Shown here piece by piece: positions 8,028 to 16,689 of a stretch of DNA of 20,000 nucleotides. Source of the stretch: an uncultured virus (IMG/VR IMGVR_UViG_3300009152_002325). Taxonomy: Duplodnaviria; Heunggongvirae; Uroviricota; Caudoviricetes. Under the pieces are notes generated by a model. It was given only the letters and a program-made list of their open reading frames with translations. It did no database searches and had not been told where the DNA came from. The stretch lies in the IMG/VR virus record IMGVR_UViG_3300009152_002325, one strand, 5' to 3'. The number at the start of each line of letters is the position of its first letter. The stretch's first letter is position 1. The translations under genes and the position numbers were made by a program.

Positions 8028-8813
8028 TTCATTTCCTCCTTCTGCAATTGCCGTATTTATATTTTGTGTTTCAGGCAATGTTTGCAATCTTGATCTACGT
8101 GAATCAAGAATCTTCTCTATTTCTTTTCCTTTGTTTACGTCGTTTGACTCTACCCATCCAATGAGCTCTGTCTTTTTTCCAGTAACTGGAGACAAGTATT
8201 CTGATTCTGTTGACATAAAAACAGAATCGCTGTCTGCACAATAAAATATATTTTCCATTTTAACATCTGCTGCGATGCCTTTAAAAATCATTTGTCCGTT
8301 TACTTTTTCAATAGAAAAAATGTTACATAGTTCGTTTGCTGGTGAATCAACGATTGATAGTTCAACTAGTGCATAATCTTTAATAAATCTTACTGATGCT
8401 CCTGTTGATTTGTTTACTTCGTTATCTGATTCAAGAATCTTTCCGCCGATTGAGAAACCAGTTAAAGTTCCGTCTAGAACTTTTTCCCATGTATCCTGGG
8501 CGCCTTTTGAAATGTATGCATCAACGTAAACTCCGTTGTAAAATTCTTTTGTTATTGGGTCGTAAAAAGTTTCTGGTCTGAATGAAGCAACCTTGCCAAC
8601 TGCAAGTGGCTGATGCATTTCTCTTAGGTTTCCTCTGAAACCTTCAAACGCTTTCATACTTGCTTCTTGCGTAACGACGTCACCAGTCTGATCTAGGTTA
8701 TCTAATGTTGCAAAACCTGAGACTGTTCTTTTTTCTCGATTGACCTTTGTAAATGGAACAGCTAAATTAATAGCATTTCCATTTGAAGACCAATGTGACT
8801 TTTCGATAATCAT
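7500..8813 (-). CDS. Prohead maturation protease (HK97 family) with a C-terminal scaffold region, 437 aa
   Basis: RTVSGFATLDNLDQTGDVV, LREMHQP (His), GTLTGFSIGG (Ser) and LVELSIVDSPAN are typical prohead protease motifs; long acidic, coiled-coil-like C-terminus. Confidence 0.88.
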   Translation of the reverse strand: MIIEKSHWSSNGNAINLAVPFTKVNREKRTVSGFATLDNLDQTGDVVTQEASMKAFEGFRGNLREMHQPLAVGKVASFRPETFYDPITKEFYNGVYVDAYISKGAQDTWEKVLDGTLTGFSIGGKILESDNEVNKSTGASVRFIKDYALVELSIVDSPANELCNIFSIEKVNGQMIFKGIAADVKMENIFYCADSDSVFMSTESEYLSPVTGKKTELIGWVESNDVNKGKEIEKILDSRRSRLQTLPETQNINTAIAEGGNEVEKLNVTEATPVVEEAVVETPAEIIEEVAPVEQDSAEIVAEVTSAEVLEKSAELTSQESPDFVKMLGDLKGFFSETLEKASEANAAQVSTIKETVEAFSKNVDLRISELAEKHTELSTAVDSIKSIMDTVEKRVDAVESDTAIKKSSDLGGSTGVTIKKSKWNGTFLGSVSELTK

Positions 8814-8822
8814 ATGTTATAT

Positions 8823-8851
8823 ATTATAGAGATTATTGTATCAAAAGGCAA
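8823..8851 (-). promoter_or_regulatory. Sigma70-type promoter for protease/scaffold/capsid (near-leaderless)
   Basis: Minus strand TTGCCT-N17-TATAAT; only 9 nt between the -10 box and the ATG, and no RBS. Confidence 0.7.
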
Positions 8852-8869
8852 ATAACTAGTTGAGTAGGA

Positions 8870-10450
8870 CTAGTTGACTTGTCTTCCATCTCCTTTTGCA
8901 TTTCTGCCCTCCCCAGATTTATCTGGGGAATTTGCTGATCTCTCTTGGTCACGAGTTCTACTTTGAGTAGCCTGAGCCTTAATTTCGGCTGCCTGGGCTG
9001 CAAGGTCTACTGGGACATCTCCACCTTCTCGTGGGACCATTCCCATTCTTACTCTAATTTCATTTGGAGTAATTACCTGGAATCTAAGATATCTTTCATC
9101 TATTTTAGACTGAGTATCTGCATCTGTTAGAGAAAGCTCATTGAACTTTAGATCCATTGCATCAGTCATTTCTTGAATTATTTTACTTAGCTTTTTTTCT
9201 AGATTTTGCTGTGCTGGAAGACAAACTTGCTCTTTAAATGTCTTATCTGCGTCTCTAGCTGCAGCCAAGTTAATCCCTGCTGGGGTGCCAATTTTATTAA
9301 TTGGTACTCTGTGAGCCATTAATATTTCATCTCTATTTGAATTCCTATACTTTTCAAATGAACCTTCTTGCGCCCCTGCTTCAATTGGCTCCATTTTAAA
9401 TTCAGTTTTTGAGTCTGGTGAGTCTGGTGGAAGTGGTATATATAAAGATCTGTGGTTCTTTCCCTTTAATCCGACCTGGAAAAATTCAAGCAATTTTCTT
9501 TCAGATTCTGGAGAAAGCTTTGCTCCCTTTACTGTAATAATGTATCGAGGGACCGCTTTATTTTCAAAATAATCTAAGTTATATTTACCAGCAAATTCGT
9601 TTCCAGCCATTGCATTTTGTGCAGCAATTATATCTGGGATTCCATAATAGTTATTTTTTGGGGTGTACTTTTTTAAATGAATAATTTCGTTAGGTCTATC
9701 TTCTTGTCCTGCTATAGGGTTTATTGTTTCTGTATCCCCAAAGTTTCTAAAGAATACAGCCTTGCCGTAAAGAAGCTGTATAAAACCGTCTCTAAGGCGT
9801 CTCACACGCATTGTCTTTGAGGGTATGTGGCCAATGTACCCAATCTTTCCAGTCGTCGTTCTACCGACCTCCAGATAGCCATTACCAGTAGCCTCTACGT
9901 CAGTATAGAACTTAATAAGTGTTTCTTTAAAAGTTTCATCTTCGTTACAATCTTCAAGCCATTTATGCAAGTCTTGCTTAATTCTATTCAGCTTCTTACG
10001 TGCTCTTTCTAATTGCTTTTCATCATTAATTTCATCTAAGGCATCCGTTGTCTTTTTTGATTCAATAAAATCAAATCCAAGACCGACTATGTTTGCTACC
10101 TTTGCATTTATAGCAGCGTAGTTGTATGGAGAAATTTCATAAATTGTTGATAGATAATCTAAGTTGTATTCTGGTTGAATTAGATCAAACGTGGCGTACC
10201 CGCTAACTGCTTGTTGATGTTGAAGCTGCTGGCTTACTGCGCCGTCTTTTCCAACAAAAGATTTTTGCAGATCTCTAGAAACTTTTCTTCTAAATGAAGC
10301 TCCCAGTCCTGAAAGCTTTAAAATATCTTCGCCCTCTATATCAAATAGATCGTCTGATTTTTGAGTGGTTGGATTATTAAATCTCATCCAGTCCGCCACG
10401 TTAGAAACCTCTATGTTATTAATAAGCATATCGTCTTCATTCTCAATCAT
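8870..10450 (-). CDS. Portal protein (PBSX/HK97-like family), 526 aa
   Basis: Motifs DVEATGNGYLEVGR, NEIIHLKKYTPKNNYYGIPD, YFENKAVP, RDEILMAHRVP and VITPNEIRVRMG; located upstream of the protease. Confidence 0.93.
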   Translation of the reverse strand: MIENEDDMLINNIEVSNVADWMRFNNPTTQKSDDLFDIEGEDILKLSGLGASFRRKVSRDLQKSFVGKDGAVSQQLQHQQAVSGYATFDLIQPEYNLDYLSTIYEISPYNYAAINAKVANIVGLGFDFIESKKTTDALDEINDEKQLERARKKLNRIKQDLHKWLEDCNEDETFKETLIKFYTDVEATGNGYLEVGRTTTGKIGYIGHIPSKTMRVRRLRDGFIQLLYGKAVFFRNFGDTETINPIAGQEDRPNEIIHLKKYTPKNNYYGIPDIIAAQNAMAGNEFAGKYNLDYFENKAVPRYIITVKGAKLSPESERKLLEFFQVGLKGKNHRSLYIPLPPDSPDSKTEFKMEPIEAGAQEGSFEKYRNSNRDEILMAHRVPINKIGTPAGINLAAARDADKTFKEQVCLPAQQNLEKKLSKIIQEMTDAMDLKFNELSLTDADTQSKIDERYLRFQVITPNEIRVRMGMVPREGGDVPVDLAAQAAEIKAQATQSRTRDQERSANSPDKSGEGRNAKGDGRQVN

Positions 10451-10791
10451 TTTTTACCACCATTCAGCTTAGCCATCTCTTCTTTATGTACACTAATATC
10501 TAAAGGATCTGGAGTAAGTCCCCATCTTAATCTTTGCTTTTGATACTCAAACTCTTCGTCGTCAATTTGTCTGCTTCCCTCAATAAACTTAGGCTGGCCG
10601 ACGTCAATTCCATAGTGAGCAACTGCTGATGCTAGCAGAGCAATTCTTTCTTTATTACCAATCATTGATGCTATTGATAGGAAGTTGTTGTCTTCATCTC
10701 CAACCCATCTGCCATCTGGCATCTCCCAGACATAAACACCCAATCTGGTATCCCCAGATTTCATTTGAGCATTAATTCTTTTTATGTCCAT
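10447..10791 (-). CDS. Hypothetical protein, 114 aa, coupled to the portal gene
   Basis: Its stop overlaps the portal start (ATGA); GVYVWEMPDGRWVGD motif; no function recognised. Confidence 0.75.
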   Translation of the reverse strand: MDIKRINAQMKSGDTRLGVYVWEMPDGRWVGDEDNNFLSIASMIGNKERIALLASAVAHYGIDVGQPKFIEGSRQIDDEEFEYQKQRLRWGLTPDPLDISVHKEEMAKLNGGKK

Positions 10792-10799
10792 AGTTAATT

Positions 10800-10828
10800 A
10801 TTTTACCATCTTTATGTCTACAAGTCCA
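10800..10828 (-). promoter_or_regulatory. Extended -10 promoter (probably leaderless) for the portal operon
   Basis: Minus strand TGGACT-N17-TAAAAT with TG extension (TGgTAAAAT); ATG 8 nt downstream and no RBS. Confidence 0.55.
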
Positions 10829-10854
10829 GCCTTTTGTCACCTGACCTGACAAAA

Positions 10855-12618
10855 TTACAGAGTTTGGAACACTACCCTGTCTCTTGAATATGTTGACACG
10901 GGGCCTTGTGTCAATGACATTGACGATCCTTGCCCAACAGATAAAGGCTTTCCTATATAGAGGTCGTAATGCTCTTGGTGGCTAATTAGAGGATTTGTGT
11001 ACAGTGCAATATTTTGATATAAATTATCTTCGAGGACTCCAGTTCTTACTCCCAAAAGCTGCTTGCCATTAAACCAGATCTGACCACTTACTATTGAATT
11101 GGTTTTTATTAATATATAGTTAGGCTCATCTATATATAAGTATGAGGATATATTTGTTGCTGAGGATGCATCTTGGCCATTAATATAGATATTGCTTATA
11201 TTGGCTTTTGATATTGCTCCGCCTGCCGCCCAAGAAAGGTAGGTTTCTGTAGATCCAGTTTTGTTAAATATTAAGTGGCCACTAGATAATGATTTTGGAG
11301 TAAATATCATTTCAATATTTCTAACATCTTCTGCTGAGTTTATAAAAAATGCTGAAGATTTTGGCCTTATACCGTTGTCATAGTTTCTGGTTCTAATTGG
11401 ATATTTATTGTTGGACACATCAAAATCCCAAGTGCCCCCAATGGTTGGTTGCGAAGTAGATAGAGTACTTCCTCCATTATGAGAAAACATCTTCTTCTCA
11501 GAATGAAAATAAATCTTTAAAGAGTAAAGTTCTGGCAAGTAAATGTCTGAGTTTGTAGATGTAAATACAAATCTAAAGTATAGTATTTTGGTTGAAGAAA
11601 ATGCAGAACCTTGAGAAAAGCCTGGTATTGATGATCCATTTACACACGGTGTCCACGGTCCAGTTTCAGATGTTTCCGACACATATACTGAGACTCCTTT
11701 TGAAGCTACCCACTCTATCTTTGAAGATACATATTGATTTGTAATGTTTAAAACTATATCTTCTACAAATTCTCCGCTAGTAAATCCTGAATTTAAATAA
11801 ATGCTATTGTTATTTTGATTATACGAAATTGCTGCATTATCATATATGAGGTCTTTCCAAGGTACCTGAACTGGATAAACATATTTTGTTGTTATGTCTT
11901 GGTATCTTTCTGCGCCTCTAAATAACTCACCTAACTCTGGAACTGCAATCTGCTCATCATTATTTAAAAATAAATTATTGTAGTGTGATAGTATTGAGTT
12001 TCCAGAAAGAGCATATCTGTAAACTGCTGGGCAGTCTATTATAAAATGTTCCCCTGCTGGCGCTGGTCCACATGATAGTGTTATACTTGTATTTGTAAAA
12101 GATATGGATATAGGTTTGCTTTCAACTAAAACTCCATCTATATACAAACTCATTGAGCTTATAGAATACACTCCAACAATATGAAGCACTCTATTTGGAT
12201 TAGGAACAGAGTAATCAAGCCTTTCATTTTCTAATTTAAATACTACGTTGCCATTATCCCAATACAAACCAATTCCGTCTATGTCTGCAAATATTGGAGT
12301 TATAGATGTTAGCGTTTTTGGATGAAACCATGCTTCAAGCGTAAAGTCATTGTCATATGTTGATGGTGTTCCAAAACCTCCTGTGCCTGTGGTTCCAGAA
12401 AAATCTTTTGAAATAACAAACTGAATTGATTTAGTGCTATCTATTTTATTTGAATGTCGGCCACCAGAAACTATTGGCATGCCCGATATTTCAATTCCAC
12501 CTACATAAGATCCATTATTACCGCAACCAGAAATATCATAAGCAACAGAACCTGAAGTCTCATCAAGCTTCCATAGTCCAGTAGGTAAATCTTTTATTGT
12601 AGAAAGATAGTATGACAT
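10855..12618 (-). CDS. LamG / concanavalin A-like domain protein, probably virion-associated, 587 aa
   Basis: GLWKLDETSGSVAYDISGCGNNGSY, FTLEAWF, HIVGVYS...LYIDGVL and IDCPAVYRYALS...ILSHY follow the Laminin_G_3-like pattern; Ser/Thr/Asn-rich remainder. Confidence 0.8.
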   Translation of the reverse strand: MSYYLSTIKDLPTGLWKLDETSGSVAYDISGCGNNGSYVGGIEISGMPIVSGGRHSNKIDSTKSIQFVISKDFSGTTGTGGFGTPSTYDNDFTLEAWFHPKTLTSITPIFADIDGIGLYWDNGNVVFKLENERLDYSVPNPNRVLHIVGVYSISSMSLYIDGVLVESKPISISFTNTSITLSCGPAPAGEHFIIDCPAVYRYALSGNSILSHYNNLFLNNDEQIAVPELGELFRGAERYQDITTKYVYPVQVPWKDLIYDNAAISYNQNNNSIYLNSGFTSGEFVEDIVLNITNQYVSSKIEWVASKGVSVYVSETSETGPWTPCVNGSSIPGFSQGSAFSSTKILYFRFVFTSTNSDIYLPELYSLKIYFHSEKKMFSHNGGSTLSTSQPTIGGTWDFDVSNNKYPIRTRNYDNGIRPKSSAFFINSAEDVRNIEMIFTPKSLSSGHLIFNKTGSTETYLSWAAGGAISKANISNIYINGQDASSATNISSYLYIDEPNYILIKTNSIVSGQIWFNGKQLLGVRTGVLEDNLYQNIALYTNPLISHQEHYDLYIGKPLSVGQGSSMSLTQGPVSTYSRDRVVFQTL

Positions 12619-12785
12619 TATTTCCTAAAAAATATCTTTTTAAATTTCCTTAACATATTAGAGGCAGATTGTTTATTTTTTTCATAAGCAGCGTCTGTTC
12701 TTTCAGTAAAGGCATGGCTCTTAAAGTACGGGTTGAATTGAAGGTCTGTAAAGTGCCTTCTAGGGATTCTTTTATAAGGAGTCAT
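12618..12785 (-). CDS. Small basic hypothetical protein, 55 aa (below the ORF-track cutoff)
   Basis: MTPYKRIPRRHFTDLQFNPYFKSHAFTERTDAAYEKNKQSASNMLRKFKKIFFRK*. It fills the gap, its TAA overlaps the LamG ATG (TAATG), and TATAAT lies 7 nt upstream of its ATG. Confidence 0.65.
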   Translation of the reverse strand: MTPYKRIPRRHFTDLQFNPYFKSHAFTERTDAAYEKNKQSASNMLRKFKKIFFRK

Positions 12786-12792
12786 ATTTAAT

Positions 12793-12820
12793 ATTATACT
12801 ACAACAACTGCCAAAATCAA
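12793..12820 (-). promoter_or_regulatory. Sigma70-type promoter, probably leaderless
   Basis: Minus strand TTGATT-N16-TATAAT, then 7 nt to ATG 12785. Confidence 0.55.
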
Positions 12821-13281
12821 GAGTCTAGTTTTTTATCAATTCCCAGATTTGATAAGAATCTTTCTGGGTCAAATCTCCAATTATCTTTGGCAAATGAGGT
12901 CATTATTTCCATGCAGGTATCTTCGTATGCTTGAATTGAGATTAAAGGCTTTAATTTCAATAGGGTCTCTGTGACATCAATATAATTTGTTCTTAAAAAG
13001 CTAGGGTCTCCAGCCTGATTTCTCTTAAAGACCTTTTCATTAATTCTTCCATTGGGCTCATACAATCTAACTGTTAGATACTGCTTTGCAAAGCCCCAGT
13101 CTTCATACATATTATATGCTTCTGCTGCTTCAATTGCGTTAGGAAAGAAGATAATTGATCTTGCTGGTTCTTCCCCGTCTCTTGCAATTGTAAGCATATA
13201 GGCATCACCTTTTTTATTAGCTACCGCTTCAAGATACTCTTTAACTACATCGTGATGCTCTTGCTTTAGTTGTCCGCTCAT
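12817..13281 (-). CDS. Hypothetical protein, about 154 aa
   Basis: Likely start ATG 13281 (TAATG overlap with the methyltransferase stop); C-terminal FAKDNWRFDPERFL motif; function unknown. Confidence 0.7.
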   Translation of the reverse strand: MSGQLKQEHHDVVKEYLEAVANKKGDAYMLTIARDGEEPARSIIFFPNAIEAAEAYNMYEDWGFAKQYLTVRLYEPNGRINEKVFKRNQAGDPSFLRTNYIDVTETLLKLKPLISIQAYEDTCMEIMTSFAKDNWRFDPERFLSNLGIDKKLDS

Positions 13282-13868
13282 TACGTCCATCCCATGTTAA
13301 AATGTTCTCTATATTCTAGATAATCAATTGCATACGGGTCTACCCACCAGTCTTCATGCCATTGCCTTACAACTAGCTTATAGCCGAGAGAGGATAAGAT
13401 TTCTCGTTGGGCTTCTCTCATGCCTTTATTATTATATTCAATTTGGGCATCATGCTCAAAAGTTATTATAGAGTATCTGTATTTGCTTAATGGAACTGCT
13501 AATAGTCCATGCAGTGTTAGATAGGGATTTCCTACAGCATTTCCTTGTGGCGTATATCCAGCATCAATATCTACTTGCAGGTAATCAATTTGTTTTGGGA
13601 AATTATTTTCTTCAAAATATGAAAGGTAATTAAAATGCGTAGCATCTCCAAGGATACATGGGTTTTTTCTATTTGATACAAACTCTGCGTGTCTTTGCTT
13701 GTCTATCTCAAATGATACGCCGTTCCAATTATAGTCTGTTTCTAGATGATAGGTGTTGCTTCCTTGCTTTGAATCAAAAGCACCAAGCTCTACGTAAAAC
13801 CCATTTTCTTTATTTTTAAGTAACTGAGTAACAAATCTTTCTTGACCACTATTACCTTTATATTCCAT
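13281..13868 (-). CDS. FkbM-family (Methyltransf_21-like) SAM-dependent methyltransferase, 195 aa
   Basis: GQERFV...NGFYVELGAFD...SNTYHLE..YNWNGVSFEID, IDYLQVDID, IITFEHD and LGYKLV....EDWWV. Confidence 0.75.
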   Translation of the reverse strand: MEYKGNSGQERFVTQLLKNKENGFYVELGAFDSKQGSNTYHLETDYNWNGVSFEIDKQRHAEFVSNRKNPCILGDATHFNYLSYFEENNFPKQIDYLQVDIDAGYTPQGNAVGNPYLTLHGLLAVPLSKYRYSIITFEHDAQIEYNNKGMREAQREILSSLGYKLVVRQWHEDWWVDPYAIDYLEYREHFNMGWT

Positions 13869-14445
13869 TTATTTCTCCAAAAACATCTTTATTCAAAGAC
13901 ACAACTTCATTTAGTTTATGCTTTGCAAACATTGTAGATATGTATCTAGTTATATTATCTTGAACTGGAAGTGTTCCATGAAGTATCTCTCCAGCATGCA
14001 GAAGCAATGATCCTGCAATTGGTTTATGGGTTATCCCAAGATCTGGATACCTTAGCTCTCCGCCTTTATAGTCATCATTATAATAAATAACTACTCCATA
14101 AAAAACCTGTTCTCCATTAAGTCTGTGGCCATCATGATCATCTGTATGCTCACCAAGGGCATCGTTTAGCATATATCTTTGAAGATTTATTCCAGTTACT
14201 TCTAGATTTCCATTAAATAAATTACAGACTCTTTTATATATATCACTAAATATAGACTCTTTATTTACTAAACTGCTATTTAAAACTTTGTCTGTCCAAA
14301 AATCATACTGTATACCCTCTTCAGACCAATCTAAATTATCTTTAGATTCAGCAAACTGCATTACCTGATCAAGCTCGTCTTGTGTTATAAAATTTTGTAT
14401 TTCATAAACTTGATCAGATAACTTTGCAATTTTATAGTCTAACAT
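13858..14445 (-). CDS. 2OG-Fe(II) oxygenase, prolyl-4-hydroxylase-like (6th of 6)
   Basis: HTD...YYNDDYKGGELRY...HGTLPV....RY: HxD...H iron triad plus Arg for 2OG. Confidence 0.88.
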   Translation of the reverse strand: MLDYKIAKLSDQVYEIQNFITQDELDQVMQFAESKDNLDWSEEGIQYDFWTDKVLNSSLVNKESIFSDIYKRVCNLFNGNLEVTGINLQRYMLNDALGEHTDDHDGHRLNGEQVFYGVVIYYNDDYKGGELRYPDLGITHKPIAGSLLLHAGEILHGTLPVQDNITRYISTMFAKHKLNEVVSLNKDVFGEINGI

Positions 14446-14453
14446 CAACTACA

Positions 14454-15212
14454 TTATTCTTGGTTTTGTTCGTGATAGGCCTTTATGTATTCTTCTGATG
14501 GTCCACCTGGGCCACCTACAACATAACCATCAACAAATATAAATCCAGGAGTAATAAACTTTTCTCCTTCTTTCATAATATGAACTTGGTGCTTGTATGG
14601 ATCTGTAGATGGGAAAATTAATGCGCTTCCAGCTTTTGGCTTTGCAGTAAATGTGACCATGTCTTTAGTCCTTGGGTCTAGCGCATCATCTGGTGGTCTA
14701 AGATGACCATTCATTTCTAATCTTAGATCTTCTGGTCTAATAACAAACGATATTTCTCCGCCTTCATAGTCATCATTCCAGTAAATAATAATTGACCACT
14801 CTAGGCTATTATCTCCAGCTTGTCTATCAAAGTGAGCTCCCATTGCACAGCCTGGAATATACTTTTGTATACCAACAAACGGTGATACGTTTGGAACTCC
14901 CTTAAGGCCTCGATCAACAATAAAAGACTCTGATATATTCTTAATAGCATTTCTAATTGTTGATATAATTAGGTCGACATCTTTTCTTAAATCATCATCT
15001 AGGTTTTCTACTTCAGAAAGGTTAAAATCTTTTTTCTTTCCAAAGATGTTGCCGTCTCTGCTACTTGAATTCCAGTTTTTCCAGCTTGGAATAACCTTAT
15101 GAACTCTTTCATCAGAATCAAGCTTATTAACTAAATCAATAATTGCCTGGGGGTTCTCAATTACATCTGAATACATGTAAACATTTTCATGTAATTTTTC
15201 TTCTAGCTTCAT
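14454..15212 (-). CDS. 2OG-Fe(II) oxygenase, prolyl-4-hydroxylase-like (5th of 6)
   Basis: HFD...YWNDDYEGGEISF, an internal insertion, then PKAGSALIFPS...HQVHIMKEGEKF. Confidence 0.88.
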   Translation of the reverse strand: MKLEEKLHENVYMYSDVIENPQAIIDLVNKLDSDERVHKVIPSWKNWNSSSRDGNIFGKKKDFNLSEVENLDDDLRKDVDLIISTIRNAIKNISESFIVDRGLKGVPNVSPFVGIQKYIPGCAMGAHFDRQAGDNSLEWSIIIYWNDDYEGGEISFVIRPEDLRLEMNGHLRPPDDALDPRTKDMVTFTAKPKAGSALIFPSTDPYKHQVHIMKEGEKFITPGFIFVDGYVVGGPGGPSEEYIKAYHEQNQE

Positions 15213-15955
15213 TTGTCGTTCTCCTCTATTTTATATTTATTTCCATCTAGATCTATTCGGTATCCTTCTTTTAATGCATCTTGCCATTCTGACTTTATAA
15301 CTTCCTGCTCTTCTCTAATTTTTTTCATTTCTGCATCCCAAGCGTCTATTGTTTCTTGTGGATATGATTCTGGTGACCGATCATCCCAAAATGAACCTAG
15401 GGTGTATCTTATTCCAGAAGTTATCATTGTAACCTCATGAGTATTATCAAAGCCTCCTGCAAAAGCTGCTAGCGTTCCAGTCTCTGGGACAAGTGTATGA
15501 TTTTGCTTGTTAAATATTAACTGACCGCCCTCAAACTCATCATTTAAATACAAGAAGGCTGCGTATCTACTTCTTTCAAATGGGCCAGTGTTTCCCTGCA
15601 AATCTGTATTGTCAGAATGCTCTTTAGCATAAGCTCCTGGCTCCCACTTTTGAGCATGAAATCCAATTTTATGAATATCAAATGAAGAATTTCCATGCAC
15701 CTCAGCTACAGCATCAATAATTCTATTTTGAAGAACTGAAAAAAAATCTGATGGCAAGCCGAACTGCTCTAGTTCTTCATCTCCGTCTTGGGGCAAAACT
15801 GATGAGTATGATTCATAGAAAGTGATAGGTGTCCAAGATAGCTTTTCATTTGCAACCTGCGCTTCTAAAACTTTTATAATTGCGGAAGATTCTTCTTTTG
15901 TTAAAAAGTTTTTAAACACTAAAATATCTGGCGTTAATCTTTCTGAAATACTCAT
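15209..15955 (-). CDS. 2OG-Fe(II) oxygenase, prolyl-4-hydroxylase-like (4th of 6)
   Basis: HSD...YLNDEFEGGQLIF...HEVTMITSGIRYT; charged helical C-terminal tail. Confidence 0.88.
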   Translation of the reverse strand: MSISERLTPDILVFKNFLTKEESSAIIKVLEAQVANEKLSWTPITFYESYSSVLPQDGDEELEQFGLPSDFFSVLQNRIIDAVAEVHGNSSFDIHKIGFHAQKWEPGAYAKEHSDNTDLQGNTGPFERSRYAAFLYLNDEFEGGQLIFNKQNHTLVPETGTLAAFAGGFDNTHEVTMITSGIRYTLGSFWDDRSPESYPQETIDAWDAEMKKIREEQEVIKSEWQDALKEGYRIDLDGNKYKIEENDK

Positions 15956-16683
15956 TTATTTATATCTCCATCTAGTAGTGTTCTATGATATTTTTTATTT
16001 GGATCTGGTTGGTTTTCTCCAGTATGCTCTAAAATTTCCCAGAAAAATGGACAAGTGTATCTTATAGCACCTTTAATTTCAGTTACTCCGTGGATATAAT
16101 TCATATCGCCTGGGAAAAAATAAGCTGCTCCCTTTTTAGGTTTAAATTGAACTCCCTGTAGTGGAAAATATAATTCCCCACCTTCGTAATCATCATTCAA
16201 ATAAAATAAGCTTGATAGATCGTAGTATGGAAAATCATTTGGCAATCCAATATCTGGAAGTTCATGAAGCTCTTTATCTGCATGTGGTTTCTGGAACTGT
16301 CCAGGAAGCCAACGAACAATTGTTGTTCCAGTTGGAGTTACTTTAACTTTATAAAAATCTTCAACAATTGGTTTTAGTCTTTCAAACAAACCCTGGAGAA
16401 CGGGCCTAATTGCTGGATCATTTTTGTCTAAAGATGGGCTTGTGCAGACTCTATCTTTCCAATAATTATGATCATATACGGTTGTACCATTTTCATTTAC
16501 ATGGCTCTCCGTTACATCCCAAATGGTAATCTTTCTAGCAGCTGCTTCAAGAAACTCTATTTCTTCTTGTGTCATAAAGTTTTCTAGCTCAACTATCATG
16601 TCCTTGCCAGATCCAAAAAATCCAGATGGGGTTAAAGATGGAGTCTTGTATACGACTGAAGCGTCTTGATTTGTTTGATTCAT
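15952..16683 (-). CDS. 2OG-Fe(II) oxygenase, prolyl-4-hydroxylase-like (3rd of 6)
   Basis: HAD...YLNDDYEGGELYF...PKKGAAYFFPG...HGVTEIKGAIRYT. Confidence 0.9.
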   Translation of the reverse strand: MNQTNQDASVVYKTPSLTPSGFFGSGKDMIVELENFMTQEEIEFLEAAARKITIWDVTESHVNENGTTVYDHNYWKDRVCTSPSLDKNDPAIRPVLQGLFERLKPIVEDFYKVKVTPTGTTIVRWLPGQFQKPHADKELHELPDIGLPNDFPYYDLSSLFYLNDDYEGGELYFPLQGVQFKPKKGAAYFFPGDMNYIHGVTEIKGAIRYTCPFFWEILEHTGENQPDPNKKYHRTLLDGDINK

Positions 16684-16689
16684 ATTCTT

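Noticed and set aside
8054..8061. TATAAATA (T4 late promoter consensus) on the minus strand upstream of the internal scaffold start
   Set aside because: It lies inside AT-rich coding sequence, I did not see it at the intergenic promoters, and the structural genes are not T4-like.
8854..8877. ACTAGTTGA direct repeat / weak hairpin after the portal stop
   Set aside because: Short AT-rich stem without a proper U-tract; not enough to call a terminator or operator.
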